From the IMG/VR virus record IMGVR_UViG_3300021431_000039: DNA of 40,906 nucleotides. The stretch is one strand, 5' to 3'. Positions 28,742 to 35,937 of this stretch are shown in pieces. The position numbers were made by a program, and so were the translations under genes. The notes beneath the pieces are model-generated. The model was not told where the DNA came from. It saw nothing but the letters and a program-made list of their open reading frames with translations, and did not search any database. This DNA is from a virus. Position 1 is the stretch's first letter, and each line of letters begins with the position of its first letter.

Positions 28742-28913
28742 CATATAAAAATTGTGGAAATTACTTGACCCTGCCACTTGGCAAAACACAAAAGTCTGTC
28801 ATTCATTGATGACAGCACATGGAATAAATCTGTTTTGGTAAATCCTGAAGGGAAGTTGAAGAATCAGAAACACGCATACAAAAATGACAGAAAGAATTGG
28901 TGGTTGTGATTAT

Positions 28914-30032
28914 ATGAAGCGTTATGGACATTTATATAAAAAGATTTATGATATGGAAAATTTGAAGTTGGCACACCAACATGCAAAGAAAGGGAAAGGA
29001 TTGTATGCAGAAGTACAAATGATTGATTCTGACCCTGACAAGTACCTGAAGGAATTGCAGGACATGCTGATAAATAAAACCTATCATACATCTGAATATG
29101 AAGTGTTCTATAAAAATGAGCATGGGAAGATAAGAAAGATTTATAAACTTCCTTATTTTCCTGACAGGGTTGCACAGTGGGCAATCTTGCAGGTAATTGA
29201 ACCATATTTGATCAAGCACCTTATTTCTGATACCTTTTCAGCAATACCTGACAGGGGAATTCATAAAGGACTTAGCAGGGTAATGAAAGCAGTTCAACAT
29301 GATGTTCCAAACTGTCAATATTGTTTGAAGATAGATGCAAGACATTATTATCAATCAGTGAATCATGACATTCTGAAACAGAAATACAGAAAGATGTTCA
29401 AAGACAATGACCTTCTTTGGATTCTTGATGAAATCATTGATTCAATCAATACAGCAGAAGATGAAGACCTTGTTTCAATATGGTTGTTAGATGAAGACAT
29501 TGATCCAAACACAGGGATTCCAATTGGAAACTATCTGTCGCAGTATAGTGGGAATTATTACTTCAGTGATTTTGATCATTGGATAAAAGAAGTCAAGCAT
29601 GTCAAATACTACTTCAGATACATGGATGACATTGTAATTCTTGCAAGAACTAAGAAAGAATTGCATCAGTTGCTGAATGAAATCAATGAATACTTTCATA
29701 AAAATATGAAGTTAAAAATCAAGAAGAATTATCAAGTGTTTCCAACTTATGTCAGGGGTATTGATTACCTTGGTTATAGAGTGTTTGTTTCCTATGTGTT
29801 ACTAAGAAAGCAGACTTGCAAAGACATGAAGAAGAAAATGGTGAAGATAAAGAAGAAAGTTGAATCAGGGAACATGATGAACTATTCAGAATGGTGTTCA
29901 ATAAATTCTTACAAAGGTTGGACTAAGCATGGAAATTGTTTCAGACTGACACAGAAATATATTGAACCATTGATTCCATATGCAACTAAATATTATGAAT
30001 TGAATGTCAAGAAAGGTGGAAAAGTAGCATGA
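28914..30032 (+). CDS. DGR-type reverse transcriptase
   Basis: IPDRGIHKG, LKIDARHYYQSV, IPIGNYLSQYSGNYYF (DGR-specific [IV]GxxxSQ motif), YMDDIVIL (YxDD), IDYLGYRV. ATG 28914 gives the usual MKRYGHLY...NL..A start; the track start is 28884. Confidence 0.9.
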   Translation: MKRYGHLYKKIYDMENLKLAHQHAKKGKGLYAEVQMIDSDPDKYLKELQDMLINKTYHTSEYEVFYKNEHGKIRKIYKLPYFPDRVAQWAILQVIEPYLIKHLISDTFSAIPDRGIHKGLSRVMKAVQHDVPNCQYCLKIDARHYYQSVNHDILKQKYRKMFKDNDLLWILDEIIDSINTAEDEDLVSIWLLDEDIDPNTGIPIGNYLSQYSGNYYFSDFDHWIKEVKHVKYYFRYMDDIVILARTKKELHQLLNEINEYFHKNMKLKIKKNYQVFPTYVRGIDYLGYRVFVSYVLLRKQTCKDMKKKMVKIKKKVESGNMMNYSEWCSINSYKGWTKHGNCFRLTQKYIEPLIPYATKYYELNVKKGGKVA

Positions 30033-30295
30033 AACAGTATGGAACACAAAGAAGCACAGTGAAACCTGAAGATGTGGAAATCACTGAATCAAAGGTCTTC
30101 AGTTATGAAAATATCACTGAAATCAAGGTGAAGAATCCTGAATCAGATGATGAAGTCACAATGTATGAATTCACTTTGACAGAGTATGACAAAGATGAAT
30201 ATATCAGGATTCAGGCAGAAAAGAATGCAAGTCTTGAAGAACAGATGACACAGACACAGGTTGCACTGTGTGACGTGTATGAAATGTTAGCATAG
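30029..30295 (+). CDS. Hypothetical acidic protein (88 aa)
   Basis: ATGA overlap with the RT stop. No motif recognised. Confidence 0.55.
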   Translation: MKQYGTQRSTVKPEDVEITESKVFSYENITEIKVKNPESDDEVTMYEFTLTEYDKDEYIRIQAEKNASLEEQMTQTQVALCDVYEMLA

Positions 30296-30312
30296 AAAGG
30301 ATGTGAATTGTC

Positions 30313-30453
30313 ATGGTGAAGATTTATGCAACACTTATCATCAAGGGAATCAAAACCATTGATGATGTACCAACAAGAATCAAAGATGAAGTCAGGCAGG
30401 AATTGATCAAAGAAGGTCATCCTGAACTTGCTGAAGTAGGTGATGAAGGTTGA
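30313..30453 (+). CDS. Micro-protein (46 aa), paralogue 1 (CD1375-like?)
   Basis: Hand translation gives MVKIYATLIIKGIKTIDDVPTRIKDEVRQELIKEGHPELAEVGDEG. RBS GAAAGGA lies upstream. Not in the track because it is under 60 aa. Confidence 0.5.
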   Translation: MVKIYATLIIKGIKTIDDVPTRIKDEVRQELIKEGHPELAEVGDEG

Positions 30454-30500
30454 TAACCAATCTTATCATAAATATTTTATTTAGAAAGGAAGTGGAAAAC

Positions 30501-30632
30501 ATGGCAGTCGTATATGCAACACTTATTATCAAAGGTGTGAAGACAATTGATGATGTCCCTGCAAGAATCAAGGACAAGGTTATTCAGGTTCTGATTGACC
30601 TTGATTGTCGTGATTTAGCAGGTCAGGCATAA
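30501..30632 (+). CDS. Micro-protein (43 aa), paralogue 2
   Basis: MAVVYATLIIKGVKTIDDVPARIKDKVIQVLIDLDCRDLAGQA. ATG follows GAAAGGAAGTGGA. Confidence 0.55.
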   Translation: MAVVYATLIIKGVKTIDDVPARIKDKVIQVLIDLDCRDLAGQA

Positions 30633-30657
30633 GTCGTCAACACAATTAAATATCTAA

Positions 30658-30687
30658 AGGTTGTACTAAAAGTACAGCCTTTTTTTA
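30658..30687 (+). terminator. Rho-independent terminator
   Basis: AAGGTTGTAC-loop-GTACAGCCTT followed by T6. Confidence 0.7.
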
Positions 30688-30703
30688 AGTACAAAGGAGA
30701 AAA

Positions 30704-31165
30704 ATGGAGATGATTGAAATTATTAAGATCGTTGGAAAATTGCATTATGTGAATTTTGGGTGGTCTTTCTTGTTGCCTGCCATTTTGATGGCTATTGATA
30801 TCATTACAGGATTTGCTAATGCATGGGCTTCAAAAAAAGTGCAAAGCTCAAAAATGAGAAACGGAATTGTAAAAAAAGTTGGCGAAATGATGCTTATCGT
30901 TGCAGTCGGTGTAGTATGCTATGCGGTAACGCTACCAGTTGAAATTCTGTACTGTGTAAGTTTCTATATTGCTTTTATGGAAGGTGTATCTGTACTTGAA
31001 AATCTCGATTTGGTAGGAGTACCTATCCCTAAAAGAATTGAGAACGTCATCAATAATGTCTCAAATTCTATTGTGAACGATGAAGACAGTGATGACCTAA
31101 ATGAAAAAATTAAAGAAATGAATAAGATGATTGATGAATATCTAAAAAATAAAGACAATGGGTAG
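30704..31165 (+). CDS. Holin (toxin-secretion/phage-lysis holin family, Phage_holin_4-like)
   Basis: Three hydrophobic segments, ITGFANAWASKKVQSSKMRNGIVKKVGEMM motif, AAAGGAG RBS. Confidence 0.8.
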   Translation: MEMIEIIKIVGKLHYVNFGWSFLLPAILMAIDIITGFANAWASKKVQSSKMRNGIVKKVGEMMLIVAVGVVCYAVTLPVEILYCVSFYIAFMEGVSVLENLDLVGVPIPKRIENVINNVSNSIVNDEDSDDLNEKIKEMNKMIDEYLKNKDNG

Positions 31166-31236
31166 TAATATGTCAAACAATGCATAAGTTATTTCAAAAA
31201 AAATTAGAAAAATTAGAAGAGAAAGAGGGCTTATAA

Positions 31237-32046
31237 ATGATTTTTGGTAGTGCTAGAATTGATGAACGTGGGAAAATAAGCGGTGGTAAGGCTGGATCTC
31301 AGACAGCCAAAGAAATTTCCACGCAAGAGGCTTATGTTTATAAAGGCGGATGGGATGTATGCATTAGAATAAAAGACAAAAAGAAGCGAGAAAAATTTAT
31401 CAATTTTATGAAGTGGGCTTGCAGTACTTCGTTAGTCGGATATGACCAATCCGAAAGATGGACTTTGAATTATGAATTAAAAAGATTAGATTACAACTAC
31501 ACAAAGCTTGATAAAAAATGCGAATGTGATTGCTCGTCATTAGTATCTTGCGGTCTTATCGTTGCTGGATTTAAGAAGATCAATCCGCTAAATACGACTT
31601 CAACATTGGAAGATGATATCAGATCTAAATATCCAAAAGATTTTACATTCTTTACAAAGCACTATAAGAATGGCGATCATACCAAAATTATAAAGTGGCA
31701 AAGAAATGGTGATATACTTAATAAAGTTGCACACCATGTTGGAGCAATTTTAAGTGGTGGACGTGTAAATACTGTAAAAAAAGCACCAAAAAAATATGAT
31801 GGAGTTTTTCCTAAATTACCAAAAAGAGGATATTTTAAGAAAGGTGATAAAGGATTAGAAGTAAAAAGACTTCAGAACTTATTGATTTGGGCAGGATATC
31901 CATTAAAACAGTATGGTGCTGATGGTGATTATGAAGATGAGACTGTAGAAGCAGTAAATGAATTCATGCGTCATTGCGGATTTAAAAAGATTAATGGAAT
32001 GTTTGGTAAAAAATCACTTGCATATGCTAAGAAATTAAAAAGATAA
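31237..32046 (+). CDS. Endolysin: NlpC/P60-type cysteine peptidase plus C-terminal PG_binding_1 domain
   Basis: CDCSSLV (compare DCSGFV) and GDIL...HHVGAIL catalytic motifs. C-terminal GDKGLEVKRLQNLLIWAGY...GADGDYEDETVEAVNEF. Confidence 0.75.
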   Translation: MIFGSARIDERGKISGGKAGSQTAKEISTQEAYVYKGGWDVCIRIKDKKKREKFINFMKWACSTSLVGYDQSERWTLNYELKRLDYNYTKLDKKCECDCSSLVSCGLIVAGFKKINPLNTTSTLEDDIRSKYPKDFTFFTKHYKNGDHTKIIKWQRNGDILNKVAHHVGAILSGGRVNTVKKAPKKYDGVFPKLPKRGYFKKGDKGLEVKRLQNLLIWAGYPLKQYGADGDYEDETVEAVNEFMRHCGFKKINGMFGKKSLAYAKKLKR

Positions 32047-32133
32047 AACACAGGAAGAGTCAAGAAAAAAACATCAAGAAGATGGTATTAGGATGATTCT
32101 GCTGTTCAAGCAGAAGTAAACAGACTTTTGCAT

Positions 32134-32335
32134 TAGTAACATGATAGTAACAAAAGAGTTACAAACACATCAGAAAGCCTTATAATATAAGGAACACAGT
32201 TATTTTGGAATTATCTAAACGTTAATTTATTGCTGAGGAGAGCAATAAGAAACCCAAGGAAATTCAACATTCCTTGGGTCTTTTCTTTTTGTCAAAATCT
32301 AAGAATTTGTGTCTAATAGTAACATGCTAGTAACA
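32134..32335. promoter_or_regulatory. Candidate attP region with 19-bp direct repeats TAGTAACATG(A/C)TAGTAACA at 32134-32152 and 32317-32335
   Basis: Non-coding 364-bp gap between the endolysin and the integrase 3' end. The repeats, with one mismatch, are spaced 183 bp apart like integrase arm sites. Confidence 0.35.
32252..32290 (+). terminator. Rho-independent terminator of the late/lysis transcript
   Basis: ACCCAAGGAA-8 nt-TTCCTTGGGT followed by CTTTTCTTTTT. Confidence 0.8.
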
Positions 32336-32372
32336 CACTAGAAACAAGAAAATAAATATATTCTAAAATAAA

Positions 32373-32410
32373 AGACCTAATGTAACAATTTGTTATATCA
32401 GGTCTTTTTT
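32373..32410. terminator. Bidirectional terminator hairpin abutting the integrase stop
   Basis: AAGACCTAATGTAACAA...TTGTTATATCAGGTCTT, flanked by an A-run upstream and T8 downstream. Confidence 0.7.
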
Positions 32411-33463
32411 TTATATCTTATTTATAGCTTCAAGTTTGAATGGTAATTCAATATGTGTATAAACTGTTTGTGTGACACCTTGTCCCTTATGACCAACAAT
32501 CTTCTTGATGATTCTTTCATCAACACCTGCTTCAGTAAGCAATGACACACAGGTGTGTCTTGTATCATGTGGGCGGTGCTGAAGTTTTAATTCTTCCATC
32601 AGTGGTGTCCAATAACTGTCATAGTAGTTTCTATAACGAAAATGCTTATCATCAGGTGTGCAAATCAGATATTCACAATTCCTATCTAACCAATATTGGA
32701 AGAATGGAACAATCTTTTCAGCAATTGGAACTTCTCTTATTCCTGATTTTGTCTTTGATTCCCTTACATAGAACCATCTTTCATCAAGATGCACATCTTC
32801 CTTTTTTAGATCTAGTAATTCACTAATTCTAACACCTGTATAAATCAGCATTAGGATAACAGAATAATAAATATTAGAATCCTTTACATTCCAAACCATA
32901 TCAATCTGTTTCTTGCTAAATGGTTTTCTATTGTATGCATTTGGGTTTCCTGCCTTGGTGATATCAACATATCTGACCATATCCCTTTTATCAGCAGTCA
33001 CAATTTCATGCATCACTGCATAGTCATACATCAGCCCAAACAGGATTTTCATCTTCTTCAGTGTTGGTGTGTTCTTTCCTGATTCATCAACTGCCTGTTG
33101 CAGGTGGTCAAGTTTGATTTCCACAAACTTCATGTTGTGCAATTTCTCACAGGCTCTGAATGACGCTTTATATCCTTTCACATTGGAATCAGACACCTTT
33201 GGAAAATGCACTTCAGACCACTTTTCAAATACTTCAGCAAAGGTGATTGTGTTGTGGTGTAAGTCATAAGGGTCTTTGTTGTATTCTGCAAGGGCGGTCA
33301 ATGCTTCCTTTCTACTTTTATAATATCCAACAAAAGCATAGATTGGATAAGACTTCTGTTTTTCTTCATCAAATGTCCATCCTGTTGTCTTCCTTGCAAC
33401 CCAAGGTTTTCTTCTGTTTCCTGATAACTTATAAACACTTCCAAAACCATTTGGTAAACGCAT
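32411..33463 (-). CDS. int: Tyrosine integrase
   Basis: TGVRISELLDL (Arg), HDTRHTCVS (HxxR), GHKG...TQTVYTH (His, Tyr). The ATG giving MRLPNGFG lies 11 nt after GAAAGGA; the track start is 33475. Confidence 0.9.
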   Translation of the reverse strand: MRLPNGFGSVYKLSGNRRKPWVARKTTGWTFDEEKQKSYPIYAFVGYYKSRKEALTALAEYNKDPYDLHHNTITFAEVFEKWSEVHFPKVSDSNVKGYKASFRACEKLHNMKFVEIKLDHLQQAVDESGKNTPTLKKMKILFGLMYDYAVMHEIVTADKRDMVRYVDITKAGNPNAYNRKPFSKKQIDMVWNVKDSNIYYSVILMLIYTGVRISELLDLKKEDVHLDERWFYVRESKTKSGIREVPIAEKIVPFFQYWLDRNCEYLICTPDDKHFRYRNYYDSYWTPLMEELKLQHRPHDTRHTCVSLLTEAGVDERIIKKIVGHKGQGVTQTVYTHIELPFKLEAINKI

Positions 33464-33560
33464 AAATAAACACATCCTTTCGTAAAATTGGGTGACTTTA
33501 ACAAAGGGTTGTGTTATACTTATTTTGGTTAAATTTGTGTGTATAGCACAATCCTTTGAT

Positions 33561-33598
33561 AAGACCTAACTACTCCAATAGTTGGGTCTTATTTTTTT
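33561..33598 (+). terminator. Hairpin plus T-run (plus-strand orientation) upstream of int
   Basis: AAGACCTAAC-10 nt-GTTGGGTCTT then ATTTTTTT. Its 5' arm shares AAGACCTAA with the hairpin at 32373. Confidence 0.45.
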
Positions 33599-33743
33599 GT
33601 TCTTGGTGTTCTCCTGTTCTTGGTGTTCTTGGTTGTATACTACTATATATATTTATATTTTTTTTTATTTCTTTAGTGTTTCATCTTTATTTTCTTAAAA
33701 GTATTATAGATAAAACACCAAGAACACCAAGAACACCTAGAAC
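33599..33743. repeat. Iteron locus 2: GTTCTTGGT at 33599, 33616, 33625 (degenerate 33608); 83-bp AT-rich spacer; ACCAAGAAC at 33717, 33726 (degenerate 33735)
   Basis: Direct reading. The spacer, read on the minus strand, is homologous to the locus 1 spacer (A8...ATATATATAGTAG). Confidence 0.9.
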
Positions 33744-34150
33744 AGCACGGACTTGATTTCCTTGTAAATATCATAAATCCATCCGATTCCAAAAAGTCCC
33801 AATGTCAAGGTGTAAAGAATCCCTAAACCAATTTGACCTGATGCATATCTTTGGACACCTAACCATCCAAGAAATATTGTTGCAATCATCATTCCTTTAC
33901 TTGTCTTTAGATTCTTCTTTTCTTTTGGTGGAACATAAATAGCTTCTGAAGGTGTTTTATTTGAAGATGACTGTGTATTGACAAAACTGACACCTTTGAT
34001 TGGTGTACGCATAGTTGTTGTCTTTCTTCCTTTTGAATTCACAGTGATTCTTCCTGCTTTACTTCCAACAGACATTCCAACGGAATTCTTATTGAAATTC
34101 AGATTCACACCTTTCCCCAATTTGATTGTCTTCCTGAATCGCATTGACAT
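33737..34150 (-). CDS. Membrane protein with N-terminal DUF4236 and C-terminal TM2 domain
   Basis: MSMRFRKTIKLGKGVNLNFNKNSVGMSVG (DUF4236 pattern). FLGWLGVQRYASGQIGLGILYTLTLGLFGIGWIYD (TM2). ATG 34150 follows AAGGGA and lies 16 nt after the repressor stop. Confidence 0.75.
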   Translation of the reverse strand: MSMRFRKTIKLGKGVNLNFNKNSVGMSVGSKAGRITVNSKGRKTTTMRTPIKGVSFVNTQSSSNKTPSEAIYVPPKEKKNLKTSKGMMIATIFLGWLGVQRYASGQIGLGILYTLTLGLFGIGWIYDIYKEIKSVLF

Positions 34151-34166
34151 ATTATCACATCCCTTC

Positions 34167-34832
34167 TTAGAATTTCTGTCTGTTTTCAATGACTCTTCCA
34201 ATAATTTGAACAGGCTTTTCAATGATGTCTTTGTTGGAAAAATACATTGGTGCATATGTAGGATTAAAAGACTGAAGAACTATACCACCATCCTGTTTCA
34301 ATAGCTTCTTCACACATGCACTATCATCATTTACTTGTGCAATAACAATATCACCTGATTCTGCATCAGACTGTTGTTTGACAATCAGAACATCACCTGC
34401 TTGCATTCTTGGTGACATGGAATCACCTTTGACCTGAAGACCAAAGAATTCACCTGTCTGTGCAAGCCTGAATGGTATTTCTTCCCAATCCAATACTTCT
34501 TCAATAGCTTCAATTGGGACTTCTGCAACTACCTGATCAAGAACAGGAATCCTGCATCCTTTTTCAATCCTTATTGATTCATCTGATAATGCTTCTGAAT
34601 TATACTGTGCATCCCACATTGCTTCTTGTACAGATTTATATTCTGATTCACCTGTCAGATAACTGATTGAAACACCAAAGTAATTTGCAAGTTTGGTCAT
34701 AGTTGCATTATTTGGTGTGAATGTCTTCCATTTAGATGAAGACCCTGCACCAAGACCTGCTTCCCTTTCTAACTGTCTTTTGGATATCTTTCTTTCCTTA
34801 CATAATTGATTGATTCTGTCTATAAATTCCAT
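34167..34832 (-). CDS. CI/LexA-like repressor (XRE HTH plus S24 peptidase domain)
   Basis: N-terminal HTH ISKRQLEREAGLGAGSSSKW. C-terminal GDSMSP (Ser) and VKKL (Lys) autoproteolysis motifs. Confidence 0.9.
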   Translation of the reverse strand: MEFIDRINQLCKERKISKRQLEREAGLGAGSSSKWKTFTPNNATMTKLANYFGVSISYLTGESEYKSVQEAMWDAQYNSEALSDESIRIEKGCRIPVLDQVVAEVPIEAIEEVLDWEEIPFRLAQTGEFFGLQVKGDSMSPRMQAGDVLIVKQQSDAESGDIVIAQVNDDSACVKKLLKQDGGIVLQSFNPTYAPMYFSNKDIIEKPVQIIGRVIENRQKF

Positions 34833-34880
34833 GGCAATTCTCCTTTCTTAAAACATGCTGAAGAAATTCAGCGAAAAGCG

Positions 34881-34909
34881 TTGACAAACTGCTGAAGAAC
34901 TGCTAATAT
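34881..34909 (+). promoter_or_regulatory. Sigma-70-type promoter, rightward (early operon)
   Basis: TTGACA, a 17-nt spacer, then TAATAT. Confidence 0.65.
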
Positions 34910-34996
34910 ACATAGTGTCAGGTGCAGAACTAATTCAGCAGACTGATATAAACAAAAGTCGCTTGATGTTTTAAATATATGTTGGTGGTACTTCAT

Positions 34997-35025
34997 ATGG
35001 TAGAACATCTTCAGCAATTTGTCAA
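34997..35025 (-). promoter_or_regulatory. Candidate leftward promoter (toward the repressor)
   Basis: On the minus strand: TTGACA, a 17-nt spacer, then TACCAT. The -35 plus spacer (TTGACAAATTGCTGAAGA) nearly duplicates the rightward promoter (TTGACAAACTGCTGAAGA). Confidence 0.4.
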
Positions 35026-35084
35026 TATTTTATGCTGAATTTTTACGCACCTGCTGAATAAATTATATAAGAAGGTAGGTGAAA

Positions 35085-35282
35085 ATGATGTCAGAATTTG
35101 AAAAGCAGGTCAGACATGCATTGATTGATAGGGATATGACAATGACAGACCTTGCAAATGAATTAGGAATCACAATTTCTTATGTATCTGATTTACTGAA
35201 AGGTAAAAGAACCAATCAGAAACAGCTTCAAAGAATTAAAGATTTTCTTGAAATCACTGACACAGAAGATTATGAAGAATAG
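35085..35282 (+). CDS. Cro-like XRE-family HTH regulator
   Basis: MTMTDLANELGITISYVSDLLKGKR helix-turn-helix. Divergent from the repressor gene. Confidence 0.75.
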   Translation: MMSEFEKQVRHALIDRDMTMTDLANELGITISYVSDLLKGKRTNQKQLQRIKDFLEITDTEDYEE

Positions 35283-35454
35283 GTTATCAGTTGCAACTGT
35301 TGCAAGACTGATGAATGTGTCAGAACAGTTCATCAGAATAGGTCTTCAGAAGGGAATCTTCCCTTTTGGTTATGCAGTTAAGATGTCAACACAATGGACT
35401 TATTACATTAGTCCACAAAAATTCACAGAATACACAGGAATTGCTGTGTCATAG
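35272..35454 (+). CDS. Small HTH DNA-binding protein (excisionase-like?)
   Basis: LSVATVARLMNVSEQFIRIGL HTH-like segment. Overlaps the cro end. Confidence 0.45.
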   Translation: MKNRLSVATVARLMNVSEQFIRIGLQKGIFPFGYAVKMSTQWTYYISPQKFTEYTGIAVS

Positions 35455-35471
35455 AAAGGAGACTAAAGACA

Positions 35472-35621
35472 ATGAATATCATCTTTGTTGATAAAAAAAC
35501 AGGAAAGAAGTTGAGATTGAAAAGAAGCATAAAAAGAGGAGTAAAGAGCGTATCAATCACTCTGATCGGAGCAATTTACTTCTATATGTTGCTTTGTACA
35601 ATTTTACTGCTTGGAAAGTGA
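35472..35621 (+). CDS. Micro-ORF, 49 aa, basic N-terminus plus one TM segment
   Basis: Hand translation gives MNIIFVDKKTGKKLRLKRSIKRGVKSVSITLIGAIYFYMLLCTILLLGK. AAAGGAG RBS. Confidence 0.4.
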   Translation: MNIIFVDKKTGKKLRLKRSIKRGVKSVSITLIGAIYFYMLLCTILLLGK

Positions 35622-35631
35622 GTGATGCAGA

Positions 35632-35853
35632 ATGAGAAAAGCGAAAAATTTCTATGTAGTGTACAACAATGATGATGAAGATAGCATCATATGCTGTGGA
35701 AATATTCACGAGGTCGCAAAGTATCTAGGAATAAAAGAACGCTCAGTAAGATTCAGAACGACTCCAACATATAGAAGAAGACGTGCAAAGTCAAAAAATA
35801 AGCTAGACAGAACTTTAATTTTTTCATTTGTTGAGTCACAAGAAAGTGAGTGA
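35632..35853 (+). CDS. Small basic protein (73 aa) with an HTH-like segment
   Basis: NIHEVAKYLGIKERSVRFR followed by an Arg/Lys-rich tail. Start lies after GAAAGTGAGTGA. Confidence 0.55.
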   Translation: MRKAKNFYVVYNNDDEDSIICCGNIHEVAKYLGIKERSVRFRTTPTYRRRRAKSKNKLDRTLIFSFVESQESE

Positions 35854-35859
35854 TAGATA

Positions 35860-35937
35860 ATGAATTTTAACTTAATTTCTTTTCTAATAGCTTTATTAGT
35901 ATATTTTGTGATAAAGGATTTGTTAGATGATAGGTAG
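35860..35937 (+). CDS. Micro-ORF, 25 aa, hydrophobic
   Basis: MNFNLISFLIALLVYFVIKDLLDDR. Start lies after GAAAGTGAGTGA. Confidence 0.25.
   Translation: MNFNLISFLIALLVYFVIKDLLDDR

Larger units (their letters stand above)
28367..30032 (+). mobile_element. DGR cassette (VR-TR-spacer-RT), no recognisable Avd
   Basis: See the VR, TR and RT features. Confidence 0.85.
34856..35058. promoter_or_regulatory. Lysis-lysogeny switch region with 7 copies of TGCTGAA/TTCAGC(A/G)
   Basis: Forward copies at 34856, 34890, 35033, 35052. Reverse copies at 34867, 34934, 35010. Palindrome GCTGAAgaaaTTCAGC at 34857-34872. Confidence 0.7.

Noticed and set aside
9460-33599. Invertible 24-kb segment bounded by the two inverted iteron elements
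   Set aside because: No invertase or second recombinase is encoded; the only recombinase is the integrase. Inversion would also place all late genes antisense to their regulator. This remains only a check to run on long reads.
33556-33756. 66-aa + strand ORF ending in KTPRTPRTPRTART
   Set aside because: It is simply the translation of the iteron arrays and the AT-rich spacer. It has no RBS, and its repetitive C-terminus mirrors ACCAAGAAC x3.
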